From: Eledone cirrhosa
Lineage: Eukaryota
DNA: 64,000 nucleotides
Assembly (NCBI GenBank): GCA_964016885.1
Contig: OZ024740.1
Span: 324,384,001 to 324,448,000, forward strand
Direction: 5' to 3'
A program made the position numbers and the translations under genes. Positions within the stretch are counted from its first letter, which is position 1; the number at the start of each line of letters is the position of its first letter. Below the pieces are notes generated by a model that searched no databases, was not told where the DNA came from, and saw only the letters and a list, made by a program, of their open reading frames with translations. This document shows, piece after piece, positions 29,608 through 40,421 of the stretch.

Positions 29608-29856
29608 CTTCTATATTAAAACTATTATACTCTGCTATGTATTGAGTACCTTACTTACTGTGGTTACCTCCGATTCAACCCGGAATAACGTATATATATA
29701 TATATATATATGACTTTTTTCCTGTCATTTCTAGCGTTAAACCAATATATTTTTTCATTGTACTGTGCTGTTTGCTTTGTTATTTCTGTTTACTTTTTAC
29801 ACACACACACACATACACACACACACATACATATATACACACACATATATATATAT

Positions 29857-30135
29857 GTGGAGGCATGTGGCCTAGTGGTAAGAGTGTTGGACTTACGATC
29901 ATAATCTCGTGGGTTTGATTCCTGGGCTGAGTGTTGTGTTCTTGAGCAAAACACTTCATTTCACGTTGCTCCAGTATACTCAGCTGAAAATGAGTACCAG
30001 CAATAGCTGGAGGTTTAACCCTGCGATGGACTGGCGTCCTGTCCAGGGGGCAGTCTTGTACTCTCAGTCGCTTCACGCCATAAAACCGGGGATAAGCACC
30101 GGCCAAATGAGCCTTCTGGCTTAAGACAGACTTTA
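29857..30135 (+). mobile_element. Full-length tRNA-derived CORE-type SINE (S2)
   Basis: A box tggcctagtggt, B box ggtttgattcc, CORE-like gtgttcttgagcaaaacacttc, short (agacttt) tail. Confidence 0.85.
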
Positions 30136-30187
30136 GACTTTATATATATATATATATATACACAGATAGATAGATAGAGATAGAGAG

Positions 30188-30263
<76 letters not shown>

Positions 30264-30552
30264 ATCTTACATTGTTTTGGAAAATATCTCAACATTTAAC
30301 TTTAATTGTGTAGGAGAGGTATGTTAGTAGGATGTATGGATATGTCAGCTATGTTAATAGGGTGGAGAAACAGAGCTGGAAGTGTGTAAATTAAGTGGAA
30401 CACATTCAGTAGTATAACAGATATTCTAGTTACACCTGTGATGTACCTTAGTGTTGCAGTGTGATAGATATCCCGTCAGTTGCAGTCGTTTAACCAGTAG
30501 GGTATATATGACATGGCTCTGGTGTAACCAATATCAGAGATATATGACACAA

Positions 30553-30601
<49 letters not shown>

Positions 30602-31339
30602 CACAGTTCATATATATATGACACAGTTCATATATATGACACATATATATATGACACAGTTCATCCATATTTTAATTCTTTCGTATTTACTTTCACAGAA
30701 TTGCTGTCGAAAATTATATTCCTTTAGTTTACCAGTATATTTTATTTTTGTTAAAAAATATGGGCATACACACACACACACACACACAGATACATACACA
30801 CATACACACATACACACATAGGCACATATATACATACATACATACATACATACATACATACATACATACATACATACATACATACATACATACATACATA
30901 CACACATATATACATACATAGATATATGCATACATAAATACAAACATACATACATGCATGCATACATACATAATGCAACAATACATAATCCCTACATATA
31001 TAATACGTACATACATATACATAACGTACACACATACATAAATGCATATGCACATAATACATACATACATACATGCATACATACATATATCTTAATACTC
31101 ACACAGATATAATATATGTTCATACATAATACTTACACACATGCATGCATACATAAATACATACATACATTGATATATCATACATATATACATACATACT
31201 TTCATAAATAATACATACAAGCATACATACAAGGAGACATACATAATACATACCTATATGCATACATACATAAGTCATACATACATATCTAATACATGCA
31301 TATATAGATATATACATACATACAAACAAACATACATTC

Positions 31340-33876
31340 CAGAGAGAAATTAATTCATGTATAAATATCTCTCTTGCTGAACGTATTAAAACGACAATGT
31401 TTAATAAAAAAAAAAACAAATAATGAAATATTACGTGTTATTGACGAAATAGGGGATGAATATTTACGACGAATAAAAACCCCAACATTTTGGCAAATCA
31501 ACGCCTGTTTATATGCCTTAGCAACGACAGTGAAGCATTATCTTGGTGATTGCAGAGATATTAACAAGAACAGAACACCACCAAAAATACCATTATATAT
31601 AACTAAAATAGAAAAAAAGATTCCTGACCTACGAAAAACCATAGGATATGTGACAATGCTCCTTACATGCAAACAAACACAAAAAAACCTCACTCCTCAC
31701 CAACAAAGAGTGAAAAATAAAATAGAGACGATGTTTGGTAATAGTAGAACCAGAACTCTCCAATATAAGCTGATTACCCTCAAACAAGAATTGAGAACTG
31801 TTAGCGAAAAACGCCGATACCTGAAGAAGGTAGATGAGAGAAAAGTGCTTAATAAAAGATTCAAACCAAACATCAGTCTATAGAGATATGAAGGGCAAAA
31901 TAGTAACTGTCACTGAGGCCCCATCCCAGAAAGACATAGATTCCTTTTGGAGCAAAATATGGGGTGAAAAGAAGAATTTCAACCAAGATGCAGTGTGGCT
32001 AAGAGAAATCCGAAAGAATTATTGCTCCTACACTACAACAAAAATATACGAAATAAGTGAGGGTACCCTTGAGACTGTGATAGGAAAACTCCAAGATAAG
32101 AAAACACCAGGAAGAGACATGATTGTCAACTACTGGTACAAAAAACTGATATCCTATCGGAGGTATCTTACTGACCTCTACCAATAAGTTCTTAAGGGAG
32201 ATACACTTATACCAGAATGGTTGACATTAGCACAAACATTACTGGTCCCCAAGAACAAAGACACCCACTTGGCAAAAAACTACCGGCCCATTGAATGCCA
32301 GAACCTGATGTATAAGATGTATACAGCCTCCCTGAACCTATTCCTCCAAGATCACTGTGAAAATAATAACATCATCACAGATGAACAAGCAGCTGGAAAG
32401 AAAGGGGTTTGGGATGTGCTGAACAACTCCTAATCAACAAAACTGCGATGTCGGAGGTGCGAGAACCTAGGAGGAATATGGCTACAGTCTGGCTGGACTA
32501 CAGGAAAGCTTTCGATTCTGTTCCCCACTCTTGGATGATAGAGGCCCTCCAACTTGCTAAAGTCCCAGACATTATTGTCAGAGCCATAGAGAGGCTGTCT
32601 TTACTTGAAACGTAAGCAGGGAGGCAGAGGCCTAACATCAGTCCAGACAACATTTGAATGTCTCATCATATCTCTCCGACAACATCTACGAACCTCGAAG
32701 CGTAGGAGCCCGTTTCTCGAGCAAGTCTATTTACATGAAACAGATAAGATCATGAGAGTTGGGAAGGAACTCCTCGAGAGATATTCCCTGTGTGATAATC
32801 AAAAACTCACACCCAGGGAAGTTGCTCAGTAGTATCGCAGTGAATCCATGGATGAAAAACTACATACTTATCAGCAAAAAATCATGCATGGATATGTTGC
32901 CAGGAAGGTCCAGAGTGAGAGTAATATAGATAGGGAAAGTAGTCTATCTTGGACCAACAACCGCTATATTGGCTCCCACTTTGAAGGATACGCTTTTGCA
33001 ATCCAAGAACAGGAGATTAACACGAAATACCTGATTCTCAATAGAGATAGGGATGCAGGCAAAACACCTAGATGTGATAACAAGTGCAGACTCTGCAGAA
33101 CTAACATCGAGGATATCACCCATGTCATCAGCAGCTGCCCAAAGATGTCATCGCGGTACTATCTACCTATGAGGCATGATGTAGTGGCCAAAACACTGTA
33201 CAATGCAGTTCTTTAAAAAGATAGCCCCGATAATAAACACATTAAAAGCTACAGCAATGTGGAAGACATCCATGTACATAATATGAAAAAGTACTGGTGG
33301 AATGTTCCAGTAAGAACCCCAATAAAATGCAGGCATATCAGACCGATATTATGATATGGGACAGGGAGAAGAAAGCATGCACAGTAGTGGAAATTAGCTG
33401 CCCAGCAGATGCCAATATAATATCAAAGATTAGTGAAAAGGAGAATATTTATGGAGAACTGATGAGAAATCTGCAGATACTCCACCCTGATTACACCTTC
33501 AGATTTATGCCTATGATTATTGGGGCACTGGGGTATGTTAGTAACTGCCTCAATACAAATCTTGAGAAGCTAGGCTTCACAGGAACAGAAAGAAGACAAC
33601 TAGTTAGGAAATTACAAGTACAATCCATTAATGGAACACTAAAAATATGTAAAACATTCCAAAAATTGTGCATCTAATAACTGCATATACACATGTACAG
33701 ATGCAAAGCATATACACATTCACACATACAACTCAAAACATACACATCAATACATACAATAACATGCATACATACATATCTACCTAATTGATATGTAAAT
33801 TCCAATGAGAGAGTCTTGTGTCTATGTTAGAAACCGACTGTCTCTCTATTTGTGAAATTATAAAACGAGAAGAATA
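31340..33876 (+). mobile_element. 5'-truncated, internally deleted R4/Dong-clade LINE (RLE endonuclease) in (TACA)n
   Basis: Frameshifted fragments: KTPGRDMIVNYWYK, NYRPIEC, WLDYRKAFDSVPHSW, RKQGGRGL, AIQEQEI, CRLCRTNIEDITHVISSC..RHD (CCHC), D..W....VEISCP..EK..Y (RLE); flanked by (TACA)n. Confidence 0.88.
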
Positions 33877-33944
33877 TACATACATAATACATACAAACAT
33901 ACATACATATATACATACATACATCATACATACATATACGCATA

Positions 33945-34107
33945 CATACATAATTTATACATAAATATCTAATAAATGCACACACATATATATATATATA
34001 TATACATACATAATTTATACATAAATATCTAATAAATGCACACATATATATATATATATATATACATACATAATTTATACATAAATATCTAATACATGCA
34101 CACACAT
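33945..34107. repeat. Tandem repeat of about 60 bp, split by the RTE insertion
   Basis: catacataatttatacataaatatctaataaatgcacac x3, with a further unit at about 44331-44375. Confidence 0.8.
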
Positions 34108-34174
34108 ATGATGGCTGCCCCCTCGTTATCGAGTATGGCCATTGCACAATAAAAAAAAAAAAAAAAAAAAAAAA

Positions 34175-34206
<32 letters not shown>

Positions 34207-34463
34207 TTTCATTTATTGGCCACAAGGGCCGACATATAGGGGACAACACAATAGACAGGGACAGTGGGGGTTTACATAGAGATCGAGTAAGTATAAATAA
34301 CAAAAAAACAAAAACAAAATAACAATAAAAATACAACAATGAAAGTTCCCCAATAAGAGGGATCACCACCCAGGGTTGACTCAAGCACCCCACCAGTCCT
34401 GAGCCACCCGACGCTCCTAGGGCACCCGGGAAGGGCACCCCTCTCCTTCTCGAATTCACCAGC

Positions 34464-37400
34464 CTACAGGCGCATGATCAGAGTAGGCCCACTCATGCGG
34501 GCCATTCTCGCCACATTCACCCACCTTTCAGTAAATGTACTGGGGGGCAGCACTTCTCTCTCCACCCTCACCTTCCTTTCCAAGTGAAACTTGAAGAAGT
34601 TGATGAGGGATTGGCCGAAGAGAAAAGTGTCTGTCTTCAGTCCTTTCAACCTGGTCCACCATGCAACCTCTTTCGCTACTGCCACCAGGCAGAGGAAAAT
34701 TGCCTGCCCTTCCTGACCAAAAGAAGGCGGCGGGTCAATCTTCACTATGGACTCGGACGATAGCCGGATCCGTTCTACACGCGACAATAGCTGTTCGACA
34801 TAACCCCACAAGTCAGCAATGCACGGACACTGGACGAGTGCGTGCAGAACGGTTTCGTCGCTCTGCGCGCATCTCGGGCAGGTTCGTCTGACAGCACTTC
34901 CGTGCCTGTAGAGTTTATCCCGAACCGGCAGCGCCCCCCGGTAGCACTGCCAAGCGAGGGATTTCTGGAAGTTATCCATCGTCCCCGGCTCGAAAGTCCT
35001 CCGGAACATACTGGTCAGTTCTACTTCGTTGACGCCCAGAGCCTCTCCTAGTACGTCATCGCACTTGCCCTCCACTAATCCTCTATAGAAATCTTGAGTG
35101 GAAGTTCCACTGACCGCATTGCCCACCTTGCAGAGTGCAGTGAGCGCCTGGCAACATTCCAGATGCCAGTCGCCCAGTCTCGGTCTCTTCTTGACCCAGG
35201 ACTGCAGCTCAGTCAAAGAGATGAGCTGCGGAAAGGCCCGTCTAACAAACGGCGACCACACCTGTTCACCGTTTAGGCAAAATATCTGGAGATGTCGCAG
35301 CCTCAGCGCATGTCTGCGCATCATTAGCCACGGCATGCCCAGCCCTCCACGAAGAGGGTGCTGGCAGCAGATGGACCGCCTCACCAACGGGACCCGTCCC
35401 CTCCACAAAAATTTGAAAAGGAGCCGTTCCAAATTGGCGAGGCGTGGACGGGGGCAAGGCACGACGGTCAGGCGGTAGTAGATGACGGACGCGATGTACG
35501 CGTTCGCCACCTCCGCCCGCCCTTTCAGTGATAGCTTTCTCTCAGCCCATTTCTGGGTGAGGTTGGCTATCCTGCTCGTCACCTCGTCCCAATTCTTATC
35601 CACCTGGAGGTCTGGTCCGAACCAAACCCCGAGCAACTTTACCGGTCCGTCTGTCCAGCGCCCAACGACGCTGTTGGACGGCATGGACTTGCCTCTCCAG
35701 GTGCCGAGCTGCAAGCCCACCGACTTTTCCGGGTTAAGTTTTGCTCCCGTCAACCTTTCATATTCCTCCAAATGGGTGCGGATCACCTCGATTTCCGAGG
35801 TGTCCGACACCATCACGGTGATATCGTCCGCATAAGCGGACGCAGCCTTTCTGCGTCCCGGTTCGAGCGGGATGCCCTGCAACAACTCCAGCTTCCGCAG
35901 TAGAGGCTCAAGAGTCAATACGTACAGAAGTGAGGAGAGAGGGCACCCTTGACGGACCGATCGAGAGATCTGAAACGGTTCCGAGAGGTGGCCATTAACT
36001 TTGACCACCGAGCGGATGCCGCTGTACATTGCAGCGATCCAGCTTCTGAAGACGGGGCCGAAGCCAGCCGCCTCGAGGACAGCCTCCAAGTACCGATGGT
36101 CGACCCTATCGAATGCTTTCGATTGATCTAAATTGATCAGAGCCCCACCGAAGCCAGGTTTGCACCCAACCCTCTCTATGATGTATCGCATGAGGTGGAG
36201 GTTGTCGTGTATGGACCTGGTCGGGATTGCGCAAGTTTGCGCCTCCCCAACCAAATCTTTGACGACAAGCGCCAACCTTTTCGCTAACACCTTGGCCAAA
36301 ATCTTAAACTCTGTGTTGAGCAGGGTTATGGGCCTGAAATTATCTAGTGTGTCCCTCTTGTTCTCGTCTTTCCTTATCAGCGTCACTACGCCACGGCTCA
36401 CAGAACTGGGAATGCTCCCGTTCTGCTGCCAGTTGCAGTAGAGCGCTTCGAGGAGATCGGAGAACAAGTCTGGCATATTTACGTAAAGCTCGTAGGGCAG
36501 ACCATCCAAACCGGGTGACTTGCGACTCGAGCAGCCGACAAGGGCGTCCTGAATTTCGGCTGATGTTATCGGCTCTTCGCAGCGCTCAGCGTCGGCCGTC
36601 GAGAGGCGTGGCAAGCCGTCGAGGTAGGGACTGAAGTCCGCCGCCGTCTCCGACTCACCCATCCTCCCGAACAATCGAGCAAAGTGCTGGCGAAAGGCCT
36701 CACACATCTGCTTGGAATCGCTCAGTTCGTGTCCATCTCGATCCGTCAAAGACCGAATTGTGGTTTTATTTCCACGCTGCGTCTCTGCAAAGCGAGCCCA
36801 TCGGGCAGCTTTGGTTCCCTCGTTCCTCAGAGCACGCGCCTTAGCTCTGACAATGCAACCTTCGTGTTTCGCATTGAAGAAATGGTCTAGTGCCATTCTC
36901 GCCGCTAGCACGTCTGTTGCAATGCCACTACAAATAGCCTCGTCTAACTTAGCTATCAGCCCCTCCTCCTTTCTATTTTTCTCTATTGCTACTTCTTTGC
37001 TAAATCCTATCGAGGTTGCTCTAATCTCTCTTTTGAGTGCCCCCCACCACCTGTTGTTGACAACCCCCCCTGTCAACTTTTGCTTAACTAAGTTGTTGAC
37101 CCGGTCCCTGTAAGCTTTACGTGCCGGAAACGACATGTTTAGCTTCCAGTAGCTAGGTCCTAACCTACGTGTCTTATCTAGGTCGACCATACAGATCACA
37201 AGCTTGTGATCTGAATAGGCAACCGTTTTAAAATGTGGACATCCTACACTGTTTCTATCTCTTTTCCTAATGAAAATCCTATCTATGTACGATCTAGATG
37301 ACCCTATGCGATTGGTCCAGGTCCATACTGGCGCATTAGGGAAATCTAGTCGGTACCTGTCAGACAGTTGAAACTGGCTGATCAGGTACTTGAGGCTTTT

Positions 37401-37883
37401 GCACCCCCCGCTCCTATCAGATACTCCCACACAATCCCAGCGTGCTTCTAAGATGCCATTCCAATCCCCTATTAACAGTAAAGGGCGAGACGTAAGCAGA
37501 AAGTTTTCCAGGCGCCTAAAGAAGTCCGGCCGACCGGCCCCAGTAGGGGCGTAGACGGCCACCAGTCTAAAGGCACCACCTTCGCTATTGCTCACGTCCA
37601 GGACCACCAACTTTCCGTCAGGATCCCGGAAGATTGACCTTACCTCGAGATCCAGACATTTCCTAAACAGCACAGCCACTCCACCTCCCATTCCCGGCCG
37701 ACTAACAGATGCAAAGATCTGATAATCGTCGAAAATCGGCGCCAGTGCGCGTGTGTCGGAAATTCTGGTCTCGCTGATGGCAATTACATCCATTCCTAGT
37801 GACCTGAGGTCGTTGAGCAAGTGACCTTGCTTCCAGGGCGACCCCAGGCCACGAACATTTAAACTTCCTACTCTTATGGCCAT
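34464..37883 (-). CDS. Tx1/L1 ORF2: APE endonuclease, reverse transcriptase and C-terminal zinc-binding domain (1139 aa)
   Basis: SLNVRGL, ISETR, GDWN, SYIDRIF, SDH; KSPGLDGL, FRPITLLN, LDQSKAFDRV, RQGCPLS, YADD; CPRC...ETVLHALVQC. Confidence 0.95.
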   Translation of the reverse strand: MAIRVGSLNVRGLGSPWKQGHLLNDLRSLGMDVIAISETRISDTRALAPIFDDYQIFASVSRPGMGGGVAVLFRKCLDLEVRSIFRDPDGKLVVLDVSNSEGGAFRLVAVYAPTGAGRPDFFRRLENFLLTSRPLLLIGDWNGILEARWDCVGVSDRSGGCKSLKYLISQFQLSDRYRLDFPNAPVWTWTNRIGSSRSYIDRIFIRKRDRNSVGCPHFKTVAYSDHKLVICMVDLDKTRRLGPSYWKLNMSFPARKAYRDRVNNLVKQKLTGGVVNNRWWGALKREIRATSIGFSKEVAIEKNRKEEGLIAKLDEAICSGIATDVLAARMALDHFFNAKHEGCIVRAKARALRNEGTKAARWARFAETQRGNKTTIRSLTDRDGHELSDSKQMCEAFRQHFARLFGRMGESETAADFSPYLDGLPRLSTADAERCEEPITSAEIQDALVGCSSRKSPGLDGLPYELYVNMPDLFSDLLEALYCNWQQNGSIPSSVSRGVVTLIRKDENKRDTLDNFRPITLLNTEFKILAKVLAKRLALVVKDLVGEAQTCAIPTRSIHDNLHLMRYIIERVGCKPGFGGALINLDQSKAFDRVDHRYLEAVLEAAGFGPVFRSWIAAMYSGIRSVVKVNGHLSEPFQISRSVRQGCPLSSLLYVLTLEPLLRKLELLQGIPLEPGRRKAASAYADDITVMVSDTSEIEVIRTHLEEYERLTGAKLNPEKSVGLQLGTWRGKSMPSNSVVGRWTDGPVKLLGVWFGPDLQVDKNWDEVTSRIANLTQKWAERKLSLKGRAEVANAYIASVIYYRLTVVPCPRPRLANLERLLFKFLWRGRVPLVRRSICCQHPLRGGLGMPWLMMRRHALRLRHLQIFCLNGEQVWSPFVRRAFPQLISLTELQSWVKKRPRLGDWHLECCQALTALCKVGNAVSGTSTQDFYRGLVEGKCDDVLGEALGVNEVELTSMFRRTFEPGTMDNFQKSLAWQCYRGALPVRDKLYRHGSAVRRTCPRCAQSDETVLHALVQCPCIADLWGYVEQLLSRVERIRLSSESIVKIDPPPSFGQEGQAIFLCLVAVAKEVAWWTRLKGLKTDTFLFGQSLINFFKFHLERKVRVEREVLPPSTFTERWVNVARMARMSGPTLIMRL

Positions 37884-37912
37884 GCTGGCAGGATGAATGG
37901 GAGAGGAAAGGT

Positions 37913-39823
37913 TTACTTACCTTCCGGGGTCTTGTGAAGGTCGGGTGGTTCGACCTCCATGGTTTGTGGGGTTTCTTTTGGGAACCCCTTTAATAGTCTT
38001 GACGTGGGTTTTACGTTCGGGGTTCCCACATCCCGAGGAAAGCTCTTTCGAATTTCTTTGTATGAAGCGAGCGACATTCGCATCAGAAGCAAATTATCTG
38101 GTACGCGAAATGTGCTCGCTTCAAATGTTTCCCCGTCTTTTTCGATGTTTGTGCTTCGTGCTACATGGGCCATCAATTCCTTGTTGGCCCTTCTGGCAAG
38201 CACGAAGTTTTTAATGTTTTGTTGCTCGGGTTTTATTTGTTCGTGTGATTGTGGTGGTGATAGCTTTGTTAGTGTTGTTTCTATTGTGTCTGCGTTTGTT
38301 GTGGGTGGGGTGTCTGTAGTTTCTGATGTTTGTGTGTCTATTTGTTCTTGTGTCTGTTTAGCTTGTTTGCGTTTGGGGGATTTTGGTGGTTGTGTTGGTG
38401 ATGCTGTGGGGAAAATGTTTGTGTGGGTGGTGTGTGTATTTTTTTTTGTGGGGGTGTTTGTGCTTTGTGGATTTCTTTTTTTTTTGTGTTTTGTTTTTTG
38501 TATTTTGGGGGACTTTGGTTTTCCCTCATCTTCACTGCTGGAGGATGAGGGGTCTGTGGCTGTGAGCGTGTTTGTGTCTGAGTGAGTGTTTATGTTCTTG
38601 TTCGTGTGTGTATTTTGGGGGGGAGGGGGAATGGGAGAGCTTTCCTCGTTTCCCCCCTGGGTGTGCAATTTTGGTGGTTCCATTGTTGACGGTGTTGCTG
38701 GTGGTCCTTGTCCCGGCGTCGCCAGCAGTGGAATCTTTCGACCCCTTGCGCTTTTCGGCAGTTGAGGGCAGAAGGCTCGCAAGTGTGTCGTTTCCCCACA
38801 AAGGAAACAATGCGGCCTTTTGCCCTCAGTCATTATATGCAACACCCTCCCGTTTTGGAGGCGGATGTGGTCCGGGATTGCTTTCACGTTTTCGGGTCTG
38901 ATTTGGAGCAGTATCTCCAGATCAACCCCGGACCAGTCGTCCCTGGCAGTTCTCGTTGCCTCTACCGGGACTGTATCCGTTCCTTCCACGATTACGCAAC
39001 CCAGGAGCCACCACATATCAAGTCCTGGTGGAATCCTGGGAATGCGCACACGTGCTATTCGTTTTCCCATGTGGGAGGGGTACATTATAACCTTGCTGGT
39101 TTTGCAAGGGGTCATTGAATGCTTCACAGCGAGGGCTTCAGACTTGAACAGCACCGAAACGGTGCCGTATTGCCTGCCCCTCTCTATGAAGTCTGTGTCC
39201 TCTCTGATGTATTTCAGTGCGGCTTCTATGTCAGCTTGGGCGATTATCGCTGCCCTCTTTGTCTCTACTGGGATGCATCTGAAATGCACCGTTCTTTTTT
39301 CCACTGCCTCAATGGCTTCTGCCGGGACAGTTAAGTTTGCCCAGGTCTGCTCTTGATTTATGATTTTCCAGGCCTGGGCCAACTTTTCCTCTCTGTTGGT
39401 TAAGTCGATGCTGTAGCATGGTCTCCTTTTAGCCGCTGCCACAGCAGCGAAGGTGTTCTTGTTGGTGTTGTCACTGTTGTTGTTCTTGTTGGTGTTGCTG
39501 CTGCTATTGCTGTTGTTGTTCTCCCCTGTGTCGTGGTTACCCTCTGTGCTGTTGGCCTTGTTGGTGCTGTTGCTGTCGCTACTATTACTCTCTGTGCTGT
39601 TCGTTTTGTTGGTGCTCTCGCTATTACCACCTTCTGCGCTGTTCGGCTTGTTGGTGTTGGTGTTGTCGCTGTTACCACCTTCCGCGCCGCTCGGCCCGTT
39701 GGTGCTGGCACTGTCGCTGCTCACATTCGTGCTGGTGGCGCTCCTCGCCTCACCTCTCCTCTCAACGCTCAAGTCGCCGTTGCACGACAGCAGACCCGCC
39801 TCTAGGGGGCGTGGCTCCGCCAT
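37913..39823 (-). CDS. Tx1/L1 ORF1, gag-like nucleic-acid-binding protein (636 aa)
   Basis: Open for 636 codons upstream of ORF2; CCHC knuckle CFLCGETTHLRAFC; N/S/T-rich N-terminal repeats and K/T/P-rich linker. Confidence 0.88.
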   Translation of the reverse strand: MAEPRPLEAGLLSCNGDLSVERRGEARSATSTNVSSDSASTNGPSGAEGGNSDNTNTNKPNSAEGGNSESTNKTNSTESNSSDSNSTNKANSTEGNHDTGENNNSNSSSNTNKNNNSDNTNKNTFAAVAAAKRRPCYSIDLTNREEKLAQAWKIINQEQTWANLTVPAEAIEAVEKRTVHFRCIPVETKRAAIIAQADIEAALKYIREDTDFIERGRQYGTVSVLFKSEALAVKHSMTPCKTSKVIMYPSHMGKRIARVRIPRIPPGLDMWWLLGCVIVEGTDTVPVEATRTARDDWSGVDLEILLQIRPENVKAIPDHIRLQNGRVLHIMTEGKRPHCFLCGETTHLRAFCPQLPKSARGRKIPLLATPGQGPPATPSTMEPPKLHTQGGNEESSPIPPPPQNTHTNKNINTHSDTNTLTATDPSSSSSEDEGKPKSPKIQKTKHKKKRNPQSTNTPTKKNTHTTHTNIFPTASPTQPPKSPKRKQAKQTQEQIDTQTSETTDTPPTTNADTIETTLTKLSPPQSHEQIKPEQQNIKNFVLARRANKELMAHVARSTNIEKDGETFEASTFRVPDNLLLMRMSLASYKEIRKSFPRDVGTPNVKPTSRLLKGFPKETPQTMEVEPPDLHKTPEGK

Positions 39824-40036
39824 GTTTTTTTGAGAAAAAAATTATTATTTTTTTTTTCAAAATAAAGTTCAAATATTTGGGCCAAAAGGCCCAAATATTA
39901 TGAGTTATTCCTTCACAGGATACAAATTAATGTCTTATAATGCTTCAGCGGTACAAAAAATAAACAATTCTCTACAATTAATCCTCAAAAAATTGCTTAC
40001 TCACGGAGCTTCAAAAAACGTACATCCACTTTCGTC

Positions 40037-40100
<64 letters not shown>

Positions 40101-40105
40101 AAAAG

Positions 40106-40136
<31 letters not shown>

Positions 40137-40258
40137 TATACATATATATATATATACACATACATATACACACACACATACATACACATACATACATATA
40201 TACACACACACATACATACACATACACTCACACATATATACACACATACATTAATAAC

Positions 40259-40293
<35 letters not shown>

Positions 40294-40421
40294 TAATAAT
40301 AATAATAATAGCAATAATAATAATAACGACAACAACAATAATAATATACATATTCATATATATATACACACACACGCACGCACATAAGCATATCTACACA
40401 CACACAAACACACGATAGCAA

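Larger units (their letters stand above)
34205..40036 (-). mobile_element. Full-length L1/Tx1-clade LINE inserted in (ATT)n
   Basis: Two intact ORFs, 5' UTR of about 210 bp, AATAAA at 34212-34217 (minus), (AAT)n on both flanks. Confidence 0.9.

Noticed and set aside
29857-29930. tRNA-like sequence
   Set aside because: SINE head with A/B boxes; no complete cloverleaf, continues into the SINE body
34661-39833. Plus-strand ORFs overlapping the LINE ORFs
   Set aside because: Antisense shadows of GC-richer coding sequence
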